From assembly GCF_001194135.2 (NCBI RefSeq), contig NC_068985.1:105463853-105527852 (forward strand): a stretch of 64,000 nucleotides of DNA, given 5' to 3'. The DNA is from Octopus bimaculoides. Its lineage: Eukaryota. Made by a program: the position numbers and the translations under genes. Positions 13,688 to 25,588 of this stretch are shown here, piece after piece (the stretch's first letter is position 1; each line of letters starts with the position of its first letter). Below the pieces are notes generated by a model, which was given only the letters and a program-made list of their open reading frames with translations, was not told where the DNA came from and did not search any database.

Positions 13688-14308
13688 TATACATATATAG
13701 AAAATATAGGGAGATCAGTTAATTATGATTTTATTCAACACATTCTTCTCTCAGATTCACACACTTATTGAAGCAGTCCTTCAGTTTTTCTAAACCCTGT
13801 AAAAGAACTTAGAGCCAAGAACTTTTCAGCACCCCCTCGTAGTTAGCTCAGGTTCACGCGAACTAATTGTAGGTCTTTCTTTTCGTTTCTGTTTTTTTTT
13901 TTTTTCCTATTTTCTTGCCGAATAAGAACAGGTTAAGTTTTGGGTGGATGCCAAATAAGGACGTAATCGGAAAAAAACTATGATGATAACTTCAGCACAA
14001 AGTCGAATAACTCCGCCCACACACGTCGTAGAGAGTCAGTTAGCCCTTAATCTTTTGAACTGAAAGCTAATCACTGTGTTTGCTGTATCAAACCTTCTAT
14101 TTTAATATTAATTTCGGAAGATTTGTAAAGTATATTTCCCATTTTGCCAGTAATGAAATGCGCATGACTATTAATATTTACCTATGTGTGAATGATGTGT
14201 GTATATATGTATGTGTGTATGTTCATAAATATATATATATATATATAATACTCACTAAATGTGACTAGTGTGTTTTCGGACGATTACTGTCCTTGTCAGT
14301 ATGTATGT

Positions 14309-14539
14309 TATTTCTTTACTACCCACAAGGGGCTACACACAGAGGGGACAAACAAGGACAGACAAACGGATTAAGTCGATTACATCGACCCCAGTGCGTA
14401 ACTGGTACTTATTTAATCGACCCCGAAAGGATGAAAGGCAAAGTCGACCTCGGCGGAATTTGAACTCAGAACGTAGCGGCAGACGAAATACGGCTAAGCA
14501 TTTCGCCCGGCGTGCTAACGTTTCTGCCAGCTCGCCGCT
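14309..14539 (-). mobile_element. Full-length SINE family B (tail type B1) with 16-bp TSD
   Basis: Head GCGGCGAGCTGGCAGAAACGTTAGC, B box GAGTTCAAATTCC, tail ...CCCCTTGTGGGTAGTAAAGAAATA. TSD TTGTCAGTAT(G/A)TATGT at 14293-14308 and 14540-14555 (15/16 identical). Confidence 0.92.
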
Positions 14540-15221
14540 TTGTCAGTATATATGTATGCTATTATGTGCTTTGACTACAGCATTAGAGCGTTTTAGCTCT
14601 TATTTCTAGCAATGTAGGTATTTTTAACACACTAGTCACATTTAGTGACAATTATAGTTTTGTTGTTTGGTGAAACATTGCAAACTGCTGCTTATACTTA
14701 TTTTCTATATTTGTGTGTTTATGTGTGTGTGTGTGTGTGTGGAGAGAGAATCTAGCAGACGACCTAAAAATATATCTTGATTAAAGCTTGATGCAATGAA
14801 AGAAGAAAGGGCCTGAAGAGACGGTATCAGCACCTGCGATGCAAGACTGCAAAGCAATTAATCCCTCAAGTTCATTTTTATCCTAAATTTCCTCACTCCC
14901 CGACGGAAGACTAAAGTCATGAAACGTTCATCCATAAACCTCACGGTAAATAAACTTTAGCAATATTCCAAAATTTATATTTATTGATTTTCTTAACGCA
15001 GAACACCACCATTTTCGTCAGATTCATTTTATCTCCATATTCTGATTTATTTTCGAAGAAAAAAAAAGAAGAAAGAAAGAAACCGTGGTTAAAATCATGT
15101 TTATTTAGCAAGTCTGTTGTTAAAATTCGGGCAGCTAAGCAAACCGGTTGTTAAATTTTGGCAGCTCACCATTATACATATGATGTATGTGTACACACGA
15201 TCTCAGACACACACGCACGCG

Positions 15222-15254
<33 letters not shown>

Positions 15255-16173
15255 NNNNNNNNNNNNNNNNNNNNNNNNNNNNNNNNNNNNNNNNNNNNNN
15301 NNNNNNNNNNNNNNNNNNNNNNNNNNNNNNNNNNNNNNNNNNNNNNNNNNNNNNNNNNNNNNNNNNNNNNNNNNNNNNNNNNNNNNNNNNNNNNNNNNNN
15401 NNNNNNNNNNNNNNNNNNNNNNNNNNNNNNNNNNNNNNNNNNNNNNNNNNNNNNNNNNNNNNNNNNNNNNNNNNNNNNNNNNNNNNNNNNNNNNNNNNNN
15501 NNNNNNNNNNNNNNNNNNNNNNNNNNNNNNNNNNNNNNNNNNNNNNNNNNNNNNNNNNNNNNNNNNNNNNNNNNNNNNNNNNNNNNNNNNNNNNNNNNNN
15601 NNNNNNNNNNNNNNNNNNNNNNNNNNNNNNNNNNNNNNNNNNNNNNNNNNNNNNNNNNNNNNNNNNNNNNNNNNNNNNNNNNNNNNNNNNNNNNNNNNNN
15701 NNNNNNNNNNNNNNNNNNNNNNNNNNNNNNNNNNNNNNNNNNNNNNNNNNNNNNNNNNNNNNNNNNNNNNNNNNNNNNNNNNNNNNNNNNNNNNNNNNNN
15801 NNNNNNNNNNNNNNNNNNNNNNNNNNNNNNNNNNNNNNNNNNNNNNNNNNNNNNNNNNNNNNNNNNNNNNNNNNNNNNNNNNNNNNNNNNNNNNNNNNNN
15901 NNNNNNNNNNNNNNNNNNNNNNNNNNNNNNNNNNNNNNNNNNNNNNNNNNNNNNNNNNNNNNNNNNNNNNNNNNNNNNNNNNNNNNNNNNNNNNNNNNNN
16001 NNNNNNNNNNNNNNNNNNNNNNNNNNNNNNNNNNNNNNNNNNNNNNNNNNNNNNNNNNNNNNNNNNNNNNNNNNNNNNNNNNNNNNNNNNNNNNNNNNNN
16101 NNNNNNNNNNNNNNNNNNNNNNNNNNNNNNNNNNNNNNNNNNNNNNNNNNNNNNNNNNNNNNNNNNNNNNNNN
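15255..16173. other. Assembly gap (N-run)
   Basis: N-run between (CA)n and (TG)n tracts. Confidence 1.
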
Positions 16174-18179
16174 TGAGTGTGTGCGTGTGTAAATTCACAT
16201 GCATGCATACCTCCATACATATATGTGTGTGTGTGTGTGTGTCTGTCTGTGTGTGCTTACATAGCACTTGTGTGAAAATGTTTTCTTTCAAAATTGTATC
16301 TGCTTTGTGTAGCAAGTATGCAAATATTCCCGTTTTAATGCTAATAATTTTCCATTAATCTGACGTGGAACCATATACACAAGCTTTCTAAAATGGTAAC
16401 TACCAGCTTCGGAATAAACTAATTAATGACTTTCAAGATCTGTATCGACAGCTTCACACTTATGTCTACAGCGATTGCATAGCAGGCGCCTGTATAGACA
16501 GCATAATACGTACCTGACACCCTGATACTTAAATAACTTTCATTTCGAGTCTAAGATATAAAGTGAAATAAAAGGAAAAAATCTTAATTGTATTTTTAAT
16601 GAGAAGAAATATCGGATATCTATAAATGTGAAGTAGCGTTCTACAGGAAATAGTTCGTAGAACGAAAGGCTTTAAAATATACATTTGCATGCATTTATTT
16701 GCTCACTATCACATCCGAGACTGATGTGACAGTTAGCACGCAAATATATAAAGACGTTTTTTATTAGGTGGCATTTAGAGGTGTTTGTGGGCAGAAAAGT
16801 GAACACTACCTGCCTTATTTCTCTTTAAATCTTCTGAATCGATTATTCTGATGATAATTTATTCAAGCTACTGATTCGATTTACTACACCAGCGTGTTGG
16901 ATGCATAAATATATATATTACATCCGATATGGTTAGCTGCGTGAAAATGTACAATAAGCTTCTGGTCTTACCTTCTAATTTACGTTGGTTGCTCGATTTT
17001 GTGATGGAATATTCCTAGATTTATTCAAGAATAATTTAATAATTTCTTTTCCCCGTGTAAACTATTTGAAACACCATAATAATTTGTACAAATATATTAA
17101 TATATAAAATCATAATGCTGTATTTGGGTCATGATGTCAATAAAAACACACGCACTGGGTACATTTCACTCAATCTTATTACCAGTCAGTTTGACCAATA
17201 ATCAACTGACCAAAAGGTTAATCGATTTATCTATCAAAATCCTTTCCTCACATACTATAGCCTTATCAATGAGTGTGTGCTTCCAAGGACCTCCTTTTCC
17301 TTAACACTTATTACATCATTATTGGTTGTCTCACAGGTTTTGTGATAAGATTCTTATATGTTATTTTATTTCTATAAGTGAATAATATATGTGCGGGCGT
17401 GCACATGCGTCAGTTTAGTTCTCGAGCACAAATAATCGAAGAATACGAATAAAAATGTTAAATCAGGTTCTTTACCGTCTGCTGTTTACAATGTATGTGT
17501 TTTGCATTGCAATGTTGCTATTCTGATATTTGAAAGATGAAAGAAGCGAGATAAAGTTCTAGAGACTTTGAGACACAATTAAGTTTAAAATAGGACTAGA
17601 AACTCATTTGCCATTAACTGAACGTTCCAAACAACATTGGAATTTCCAGTTAGCTTAGTTTGAAAATTTGGTTGGCAGCTGATATAGAATCAACAATCCA
17701 TTACATTAATCTTTCGACATTCGATTGATATAATTTTCCAGTAACATCAAAACATTTATAGATGGATTACTTTGAAAACAAAAATCTTTTTTTACATATT
17801 TAGAGACAAAACGGCTAGGGAGGATTATATTAGCATTAATAGCTCCTTTGATGGAAAATCAAATCATTGTCACACGTACTACACTGTGCTCTCAGAAAGA
17901 ACAATAAACGTATCGCAATTGTTAACAGAAGTTCGCTTACTTTCTGTGTCGTTTATTTGTAATTCTGTAAAGTAATATTTAGGTTAAAATTACGGAAACG
18001 ACCGAAATGAGTTTGTGAGCCAAGCAATCGAAGCATCGAGATTCACACGATTCAACAGGGTAAATACTTTCTGGTTAAGTTGCTTACGATCTATTTAGTA
18101 AACTGTAGTTTCCATCCGATAGTTTCAATTTCACGGTAAATAACGTAATGATAATTACTGGGCACGCCAGACAGCAAAT

Positions 18180-18312
18180 ATGTGTGCATGTGTGCGCGTT
18201 TGTTGTCATATGTGTGTGTGGAAATGTACGTATATATGCATTTATGTATACATACATTTATACATAAACATTACGCATATATATATATGTATGTGTGTGT
18301 GTGTGTACACAT

Positions 18313-18396
<84 letters not shown>

Positions 18397-18440
18397 GTAT
18401 GTATATGTATGTGTATGTATGTGTATGTGCATACACACAT
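18180..18440. repeat. Compound (TG)n-(CA)n-(TA)n-(TATG)n microsatellite
   Basis: Direct reading; almost continuous purine/pyrimidine alternation. Confidence 0.95.
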
Positions 18441-19061
18441 AACTAAGGACCCTAAAATAGCACAGCACCATCTTATATGCAGAGACTCCTTATAAAAGTT
18501 TACTCCTTTATATACATACTTGATTAAAATGAAGCGATAAGATATTTCAATTCTCAAACCAGAAAAACTGTCTCCACCATTCGTTTCTCTCTACATACAT
18601 CCTACAAACATACATTTTTTTTCTGTTTTCCATTTCCCTTCCTACACAACCACTTCTGCATGCCGACACCAAACATATCTTTCATTTACATCATTCCACC
18701 TACCAAAAAGAATACCCTGCCAAAAACAATTTATATAAGACCTGGGAGATTAAATTAGACTACAGCATGATGATGACTAAGAATCCGAAACTTCGAAGTA
18801 AGTTTAGACCTTTTCTTTGTAAAAATATTTTGCTAGCTAACTAGCTATTTGTCTGACTGCTTGCTGTCTATCGATATAGATCCAGCTGGCGTTGGATCTG
18901 TTCAGATCGATGTAAGAAGTAACACCTGTTTTAAAACCTCACCTGTTTAAAATTTTACCTGATGATGTTATATTAGGTTATATATGAAAATAGGTTATAT
19001 ATGAATATATTAATAAAATTTGCCGAAACAACTGCCGTAAATTTAAACGCCATTCGTGTGT

Positions 19062-19064
<3 letters not shown>

Positions 19065-19125
<61 letters not shown>

Positions 19126-19194
19126 CTCTCTCCCTCTCCCTCTCTTTCTCTCTCTCTCTCTCCCTATCTCTTTCTCTCTCTCTCTCTCTCTCTC
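19065..19194. repeat. (CT)n microsatellite
   Basis: Direct reading. Confidence 0.95.
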
Positions 19195-19195
19195 A

Positions 19196-19854
19196 TATCA
19201 TCTCCTTCGAAATAGTCACCTTGTGCAGCAATGCACCGGTCCCAGCGATCCTCCCACCTTTGGATTTCGGCCTGGAGGCCGTTTTCTGTAAGCGAGTCGA
19301 GGACCTTCTGCGATTCGCTCTATATCTCGACAACGGTGTTAAAACGGTGACCTTCGAGCTGCATTTTACCTTGGTGAAGAGATAGAAGTTTCAGATGCTA
19401 AATCTGGCGAATAAGACGGGTGCAGAAGCGATATAATTTTGTTTTTGGTGAGGAATTCACGACTGAGGAGAGGTCGGTGACATAGTGCATTGTCGTCGTG
19501 TTCAATTTAGATGTTAGGATTACCTGCACTGACTCACGGGGATGACGCTCGTGGCAGGTCTTCCAGGTCGATCATCGTCTTCAATGCCTTTGAAGCAGAT
19601 TTCCCAAGTTAAACGCAAAATTTCACGTTGATTCTTTCTTCCAACTTCCTGTCCATGGCAAAAATCGCAGACGACAACATACACGTGATCACAAAAACAC
19701 AAATTTCACAACTTACGAAGTAAACACAGCGATGTCACTCGGCACACTACTTCATGAAGGTTACTGCCAACTCTCACTGCGCATGCAACTGTGTGCTGCC
19801 ATCTGTTGGCGCGCTGCAAAACTAGTCTGGGAACTTTTTGATACTACCTCGGTA
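19196..19854 (-). mobile_element. Internally deleted mariner-family element with one surviving TIR
   Basis: Minus-strand peptides EDDDRPGRPATS (N-terminal part), SYSPDLAS (YSPDLAP motif) and RWDRCIAAQGDYFEGD (C-terminus). A TIR-like TACCGAGGTAGTATCAAAAAGTTCCC lies at 19829-19854 on the minus strand. The left end abuts (CT)n. Confidence 0.85.
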
Positions 19855-20384
19855 CGCAAGCGCTCCATATCTGCCAACAACAACAATCGTCATGGCGGTC
19901 ACATGGTAATAGCGTCGACGGATACGAAGACCGAAAAAAATACGCTGTGGGTATATTAAGGAGTAGAAACCTCATAAAAGGACTCCATTATGTTTTGTGT
20001 ATATTAAACGCATTCGTGAGAATGTAATTTAGTCTTCGCGTAAAATAATTCTAAGACATAATTGTTTATACCGAAGCTAATGATTTAAATGCGGTTGAAT
20101 TCACGTTACTTGAGTTGTTTGACTTGCATGCTGTCTCTGGATAATGTTCTAACCTCAGATCGATTTCATAGAAAGGCTAAAATATGTTTTTCTTTTTTAC
20201 AAAATGAACGTATATAGTATTACGTAATTATTTCCGTGCGATAATGTATTAAGTAAAATGTTTTTCAATAAGCACTCTGTAATTCTGCCAGTTTTTTTTT
20301 TCTCTCTGAGAGTAATTCCATCTTGATTTACTGCGAATTTTTATTTTTTCCTCTGTTCACCGACCACATGACGTTCTCGACCTA

Positions 20385-20456
20385 NNNNNNNNNNNNNNNN
20401 NNNNNNNNNNNNNNNNNNNNNNNNNNNNNNNNNNNNNNNNNNNNNNNNNNNNNNNN
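20385..20456. other. Assembly gap (N-run)
   Basis: 72 N. Confidence 1.
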
Positions 20457-20679
20457 GGTGCTGGAGGTGGGGGGTGATGGTGGTGGTGATAGTGGGGGTG
20501 GCTGCAGTGGTAAATTTCCGTCGTTCTACAACGATGATTCAGTTGTTCGATCAATTACATTGCCCGCTCATAGAATTATGGTTGCGAATTCTACAGGTAC
20601 GAGTAGACTAACCATAACTCTCAAGTAGAATTATACGAGATAGAGGTGTAACAAGGAAGTCTTGTGAATTACAGGTATA

Positions 20680-20937
20680 ATCCACAGGAGGGCTTCTAGG
20701 CAGTTTCCGTCAGTTCAATTTTACTCTTAAATTATGAACCGACCCGCGGCTATAGAAAATCTCACTTGTGCAAAATGTCGTTGGTACTTTTTTTATCAAC
20801 CCTGAAACGGGTCTTTATGTTCTGAGTTCAAATTCCACCGAGGTCGACTTTGCTTTTCATCTTTTCGGGGTCGATAAATTAAGTACCAGTTGAGTACTGA
20901 GGTCGATGTAATCGTCTATCCCCCTCCCTCAACTGCG
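20680..20937. mobile_element. Mosaic of SINE fragments: A-like minus piece, then SINE-B body on plus (20819-20937)
   Basis: GGGCTTCTAGGCAGTTTCCGTC (A-like, minus), then TTCTGAGTTCAAATTCCACCGAGGTCGACTTTGC...GTCGATGTAATCG (B, plus). Confidence 0.75.
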
Positions 20938-21049
20938 AGAATAAAATTCTTCATCTTCATACGGCATTCGAATTAAGGCAACGGATCTCCATCAGAGTGA
21001 AAAACGAGAGCATACAATATAAACAAAAGGACGAAGGAAAAGGAAAGAA

Positions 21050-21790
21050 AACATGGCTTAGACAAATAGTTTAGAAGTCCAATATGTTAAGTGTAAATAA
21101 TTATTTACCATCAGGGCTACAAGAGCGTAGATGAAAGAGTGAGCTAGTAAAGGTCAAGGGAATACTACAAATTATTAACGGGTGGGTGCAATTAGAAGTG
21201 GGGTGTCAGAATGTTTAAAACAAAAGAAGTTATCAAGAAACTATATGTAAAGAAAATACTAACATAATTATCAAAGGTCAATACCTATGCTAACGGAGTA
21301 AACGTAAGTAAAAGTAAGCAATTATCGTAGGGTGCTAAAGAGGAAATTTACTCACAGGAATTAACACCAAGAATCTACAATGATCCACAATGAATCCTAT
21401 GATCCACAATGGGGCAAGTCTAAATCTAGCGGTCTCTATATTGGTCAGTTATAATTTGAAATGGGATCACAAGTTAAAACCGTTACATAGGATTTGTTTA
21501 TAAAATGAACAAGAAAAGAAAGGGAAGAACAAAGGTAACATTATAACATGCAAGAGGGAAGCATTATGAGACTACAGGCTAGAGGTTAAGGGGAGGCAAC
21601 AGGTACTGATAAATCAACGGCACTATGAAAACTAGGGAAAGAAATATGGCTAAACCTCGTATATAGAGAATTGTAGTAATAATTAGGTATATATAGGTAT
21701 GTAAGAAAAATACATCCCATAGGTGCTCTACGATGCATAAATAAAATGGCACTAACAGTTAGGCGGATAATATTTAAGGCCAAGTCTTAT
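21050..21790 (-). mobile_element. Possible Penelope-like RT/thumb remnant
   Basis: Minus-strand HRRAPMGCIFLTYLYI resembles Q..G.PMGS....A.LYM. Downstream VLPFL and FYKQ resemble LPFLD and YRKPT. Heavily decayed. Confidence 0.4.
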
Positions 21791-22000
21791 TTTATTTAAC
21801 ATTTATATATATATAAATGAGACGATAAAGCCAAAGCTGTGTGGCATTTTCAGGATATTTATAAAGAGAAAGTTAGTCTTACAGCTGTTTCTGGGATATT
21901 AGGCATATACCGTAATCGGAGACGATGTGAGATAGTTAAATAGAGGGAAATATTAGAGTTCAATATTAGAGTTGATTTTGTTGTCTCATTATATTTAACG

Positions 22001-22036
<36 letters not shown>

Positions 22037-22336
22037 ATATATCATATATTTATATAGGCCATTCACTAACAATTTCCGTATATCATTCTTATACGTATAT
22101 CAACGAAGATTAAAATCTTCACTGAAATTCGTGTAAGAATGACATAAGTAAATACTTTCAAAACCTACTTTCCGACCTTTTTCTATGTACATTCTATGAT
22201 CTTTGTAATTATGGAGACCAGAATATGAAGTGTTTCATAAAAATATACAGATTTTATTGACAGGTTTCACTTTCGATGTATATAGATATTAATAGAGTTC
22301 TAAATATTGGTTGCATATTGTTCACTTTTACTCGCA

Positions 22337-22339
<3 letters not shown>

Positions 22340-22392
<53 letters not shown>

Positions 22393-22552
22393 AGAGAGAG
22401 AGAGAGAGAAACATACGTACATTCATACATGCATACATATGTGTATATACATATATACACATACAAACATACACATACACACACATACATACATATATAC
22501 ATACATGCATGCATGCATGCATACATACATACATACATACATACATACATAC
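22340..22552. repeat. Compound (TA)n-(GA)n-(CATA)n microsatellite
   Basis: Direct reading. Confidence 0.95.
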
Positions 22553-22633
22553 AACTTAAATTTACATTCATAGTACGAGTGTAAATGTATAGAGTTTGGG
22601 GTTCTTGATTGTGTTCAGTGCAGAAGTAGCTTC

Positions 22634-22783
22634 TATGTGGGATGATATATGTGCAATGAGGAATTGGGTCGTGTCTTGTAATGCATAGTGACTATAACGT
22701 GTGTTTATTTATTGTATTAACTATCACGCATTCAGTTGATTTTTTTTCGTGTGTTTTTCTTTATTGACTTCGTTTATCTGCAG
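22634..22783 (+). repeat. About 150-bp direct repeat, copy 1 (copy 2 at 23806-23953)
   Basis: TATGTGGGATGATATATGTGCAATGAGGAATTGGGTC...TTGACTTCGTTTATCTGCAG is present twice with few differences. Confidence 0.95.
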
Positions 22784-22859
22784 GTTACCAATATTACGGT
22801 TAATAGCAACTGCAATGTATTTTACTTCATACTAGGTGTAAATCTACCTTCATCTCTAG

Positions 22860-23430
22860 AAACAGAGATTTACTAACTAATCAAGCATATAAACATAGAC
22901 CCTGACTAATGATTAGACCCAATGTCTCTAGCTTAAAAGAAACTCTGTGCTAGATCTTCTGGCTTTTCTTTTAGACCCTTAAGTCTATGCTCCAAACCTT
23001 TTGTGGACCCATCAGTAACTCTAAAAGGGTGCTCCAAAGACTCGAACCAGAAACCCTAATTTATAACAGGTATGCTTTCGGCTTCTACGTTGTCTCTTTC
23101 TCTACATCTCAGTACCTAGCTCTTCCACCTGTTGACTTATTTATTGACTGACTTCATTTGCCCTTCTGATTTCTGTTTTTTGATCTTCACAAATTCTAAC
23201 ATCCACAAACTCCTCTCCATCATCAACAAGACAACACCTATATTAATTTCTTCGATCAAGCCTACCCACGGGATCAAGTCTTTCAGATCATGTGACCAGC
23301 GCTCAGTCCATACAACTCCTTCATCACCAGATATATGGAGGTAAACTCATTCTCACTTCATTCCGTGAAGAAGCTAACCTGATACATTGTTGAGCAACGA
23401 AGACCATTGAGTATTAAATAGCAATGTTCA
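22860..23430 (+). mobile_element. Possible Penelope-like C-terminal (thumb to GIY-YIG) remnant
   Basis: LMIRPNVSSLKETLC resembles V..RR..NL.D.LV. FREEANLIHC*ATKT resembles the PLE terminal R...EA..I..L.T..P.GLN motif. Confidence 0.45.
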
Positions 23431-23805
23431 AATATTTTAATGGAGTGGTTTTTACATTTTATGCCTTCAGAGTCGATAAAATTAATTTAGTTGTGTGGAT
23501 CAATATGATCGATTATTTTCTCTCTCTCAAATTTGTATTCTTGTGACTAACTTAGAAATCAATATTATTGATGTAAGAGAGTGATGGGCAGCGGAATCGA
23601 TAGTGTGCAGCACGAAATTTTTTGCAGTGTTCAGGGACGACCTTTTGGGTTCAAATACTACTGAAGTCTACTGTGCATTTCGAATTGATAAAATAAGCAC
23701 ACTGATTTAGTGAAGTATAATTCATTTAAACGCACCCTTACATATTTGAAGCTTTGTACCAACATCAGAATACATTGTCATATATTTTTCTATGAATAAT
23801 TTATT

Positions 23806-23953
23806 TATGTGGGATGATATATGTGCAATGAGGAATTGGGTCATGTTTTATAATGCATAGTGACTATAACGTGTCTTTATTGTATTACCTATCACGCATT
23901 CAGTTGATTTTTTTTTTTCGTGTGTTTTCTTTATTGACTTCGTTTATCTGCAG
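23806..23953 (+). repeat. About 150-bp direct repeat, copy 2, followed by a 33-bp-period tandem duplication (23953-24015)
   Basis: Matches 22634-22783. GTGTGCTTCTGGTCAACATTAGTTTTTT then occurs twice. Confidence 0.95.
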
Positions 23954-25322
23954 TGTGCTTCTGGTCAACATTAGTTTTTTAACGGGTGTGCTTCTGGTCA
24001 ACATTAGTTTTTTTGCTACGGGCTACATATTTGCCATGCAGAATGTTCTGCCCCCACCTACAATCAATTGTTCATGCACTTTTTTCCTTGTCATTAATTT
24101 TACCTTTCTTGCAACAACAGTTACAGCGTACATGGATAACTTCATTAAAGTTATCCATGAAGAAACTCTGCAGTAATCACTTTCAAATCCTGCCTGGATC
24201 GACTTTGCCTTCCGTCTTTTTGCTGTCCCATAAAATAAGTTCTTCATGTACTTACATGAATTCTATTGACTAAGATTTGTGTCAATCGCATGAATTGCAG
24301 TTGTTATACGCAGGTCGAAACAAGACAAGCCCAGTTGAAGCTATTTCGAGTTTTGATTGATGTTATTTTAATCTAATCACGTTACTGATGCCGTTTTTGA
24401 AATGCAGGCACTTTACGACACCTTATTCTTCTTTACAGCACACTTGATTAGCAAACACCCTACCGACTCTCCACTTTCTATGTTAGCAAACTCCGCACAG
24501 CCCCTTATTTCTCTTCTCTAGTTTTTTGATCAGCAAACACTCATCCTACCCCTTATTTTTCTGCTCTTATGTTAAATACATTTGCTCTTTTCTCTAAACT
24601 CACGTTATTCCAAATTTACCGAGTTTCTTACCTACTAGATAAACCTAAATTGTTTAAAACAGATGAAGTAGATTGTCTTACAACACATTAAGGAGTGACA
24701 CGCAGAAACATGTTTAGCTATTTAGTCATTTATCTTAATATATTAGGTAAGTTCGTTCGTTTTTTCTTCTATTTGTCTCAATCCTTTTCAATGTTATTTG
24801 AAAAATATTTTGATCATGATGTTTTATGGGGGTTTTTTTGTAGCTCTATTCTCCCTCTACAACTTTCGTTTATCGTTTTTTGTAATTTACATAAATTTTA
24901 ATTCTTTTTAGACATATGATGACAGAGAGCCAAGTAGAAAAACGATCAAATTTATCTGACAATCCAATATGTAGACAGGACGATCTCTGCTCAAAGGCAA
25001 ATAGTTTTCTTTTTATTATTCTGAGAAAATTCAAGTCAGGGAGAAAGGTAAATTGATACTGGATATAATTCAAAAACTGGCATTCAACACTGGCGTCAAC
25101 CTGTCAGACTTGTATTCAGAATTAAGTCTAGCATCAATCATTCTGTAATCGTGGCCTTCAGAGGAGTTTACTGACGAAAGTCTTCTTAAGTTTTATTTAA
25201 ATCATCTTAATATTGATTTCTTACAATATCTCCAAATAATGTTATGATGGTTACATAATCACATATCCCTTCTCTAATAAAGTTAAGGGTCTTTCATTAA
25301 GTACGAAAAGAAAGCTGATTTA

Positions 25323-25588
25323 TAGGCGCAGGAGTGGCTGTGTGGCAAGTAGCTTGCTTACCAACCACATGGTTCCGGGTTCAGTCCCACTGCGTGGCAC
25401 CTTCGGCAAGTGTCTTCTACTATAGCCTCGGGCCGACCAAATCCTTGTGAGTGAATTTGGTAGACGGAAACTGAAAGAAGCCCGTCGTACATATGTATAT
25501 GTATATACATATATACATATGTGTGTGTTTGTGTTTGTGTATTTGTGTGTCTGTGCTTGTCTCCCCACCATCACTTGACAACCGATGC
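25323..25588 (+). mobile_element. SINE family A, 3'-truncated
   Basis: TAGGCGCAGGAGTGGCTGTGTGG head with B-box-like GGTTCAGTCCC and central GGAAACTGAAAGAAGCCCGTCG. It ends at GACAACCGATGC against the LINE remnant. Confidence 0.92.

Noticed and set aside
14888-14930. GAC-TAAA-GTC..GAAACGTT hammerhead-like fragment
   Set aside because: The core box is corrupted, there is an insertion before GAAA and no stem I.
12876-16358. Long ORFs of 230-410 aa (also at 32713-33801, 34986-35852 and 55507-57210)
   Set aside because: They are open only because N-runs and dinucleotide repeats contain no stops; the translations are X, HT, YI or CV runs.
18765-18810. Hammerhead-like ATGATGA...CGAAACTTCGAAGTA with palindromic helix III
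   Set aside because: C3 is missing and no stem I or convincing stem II can be formed. At best a very decayed relic.
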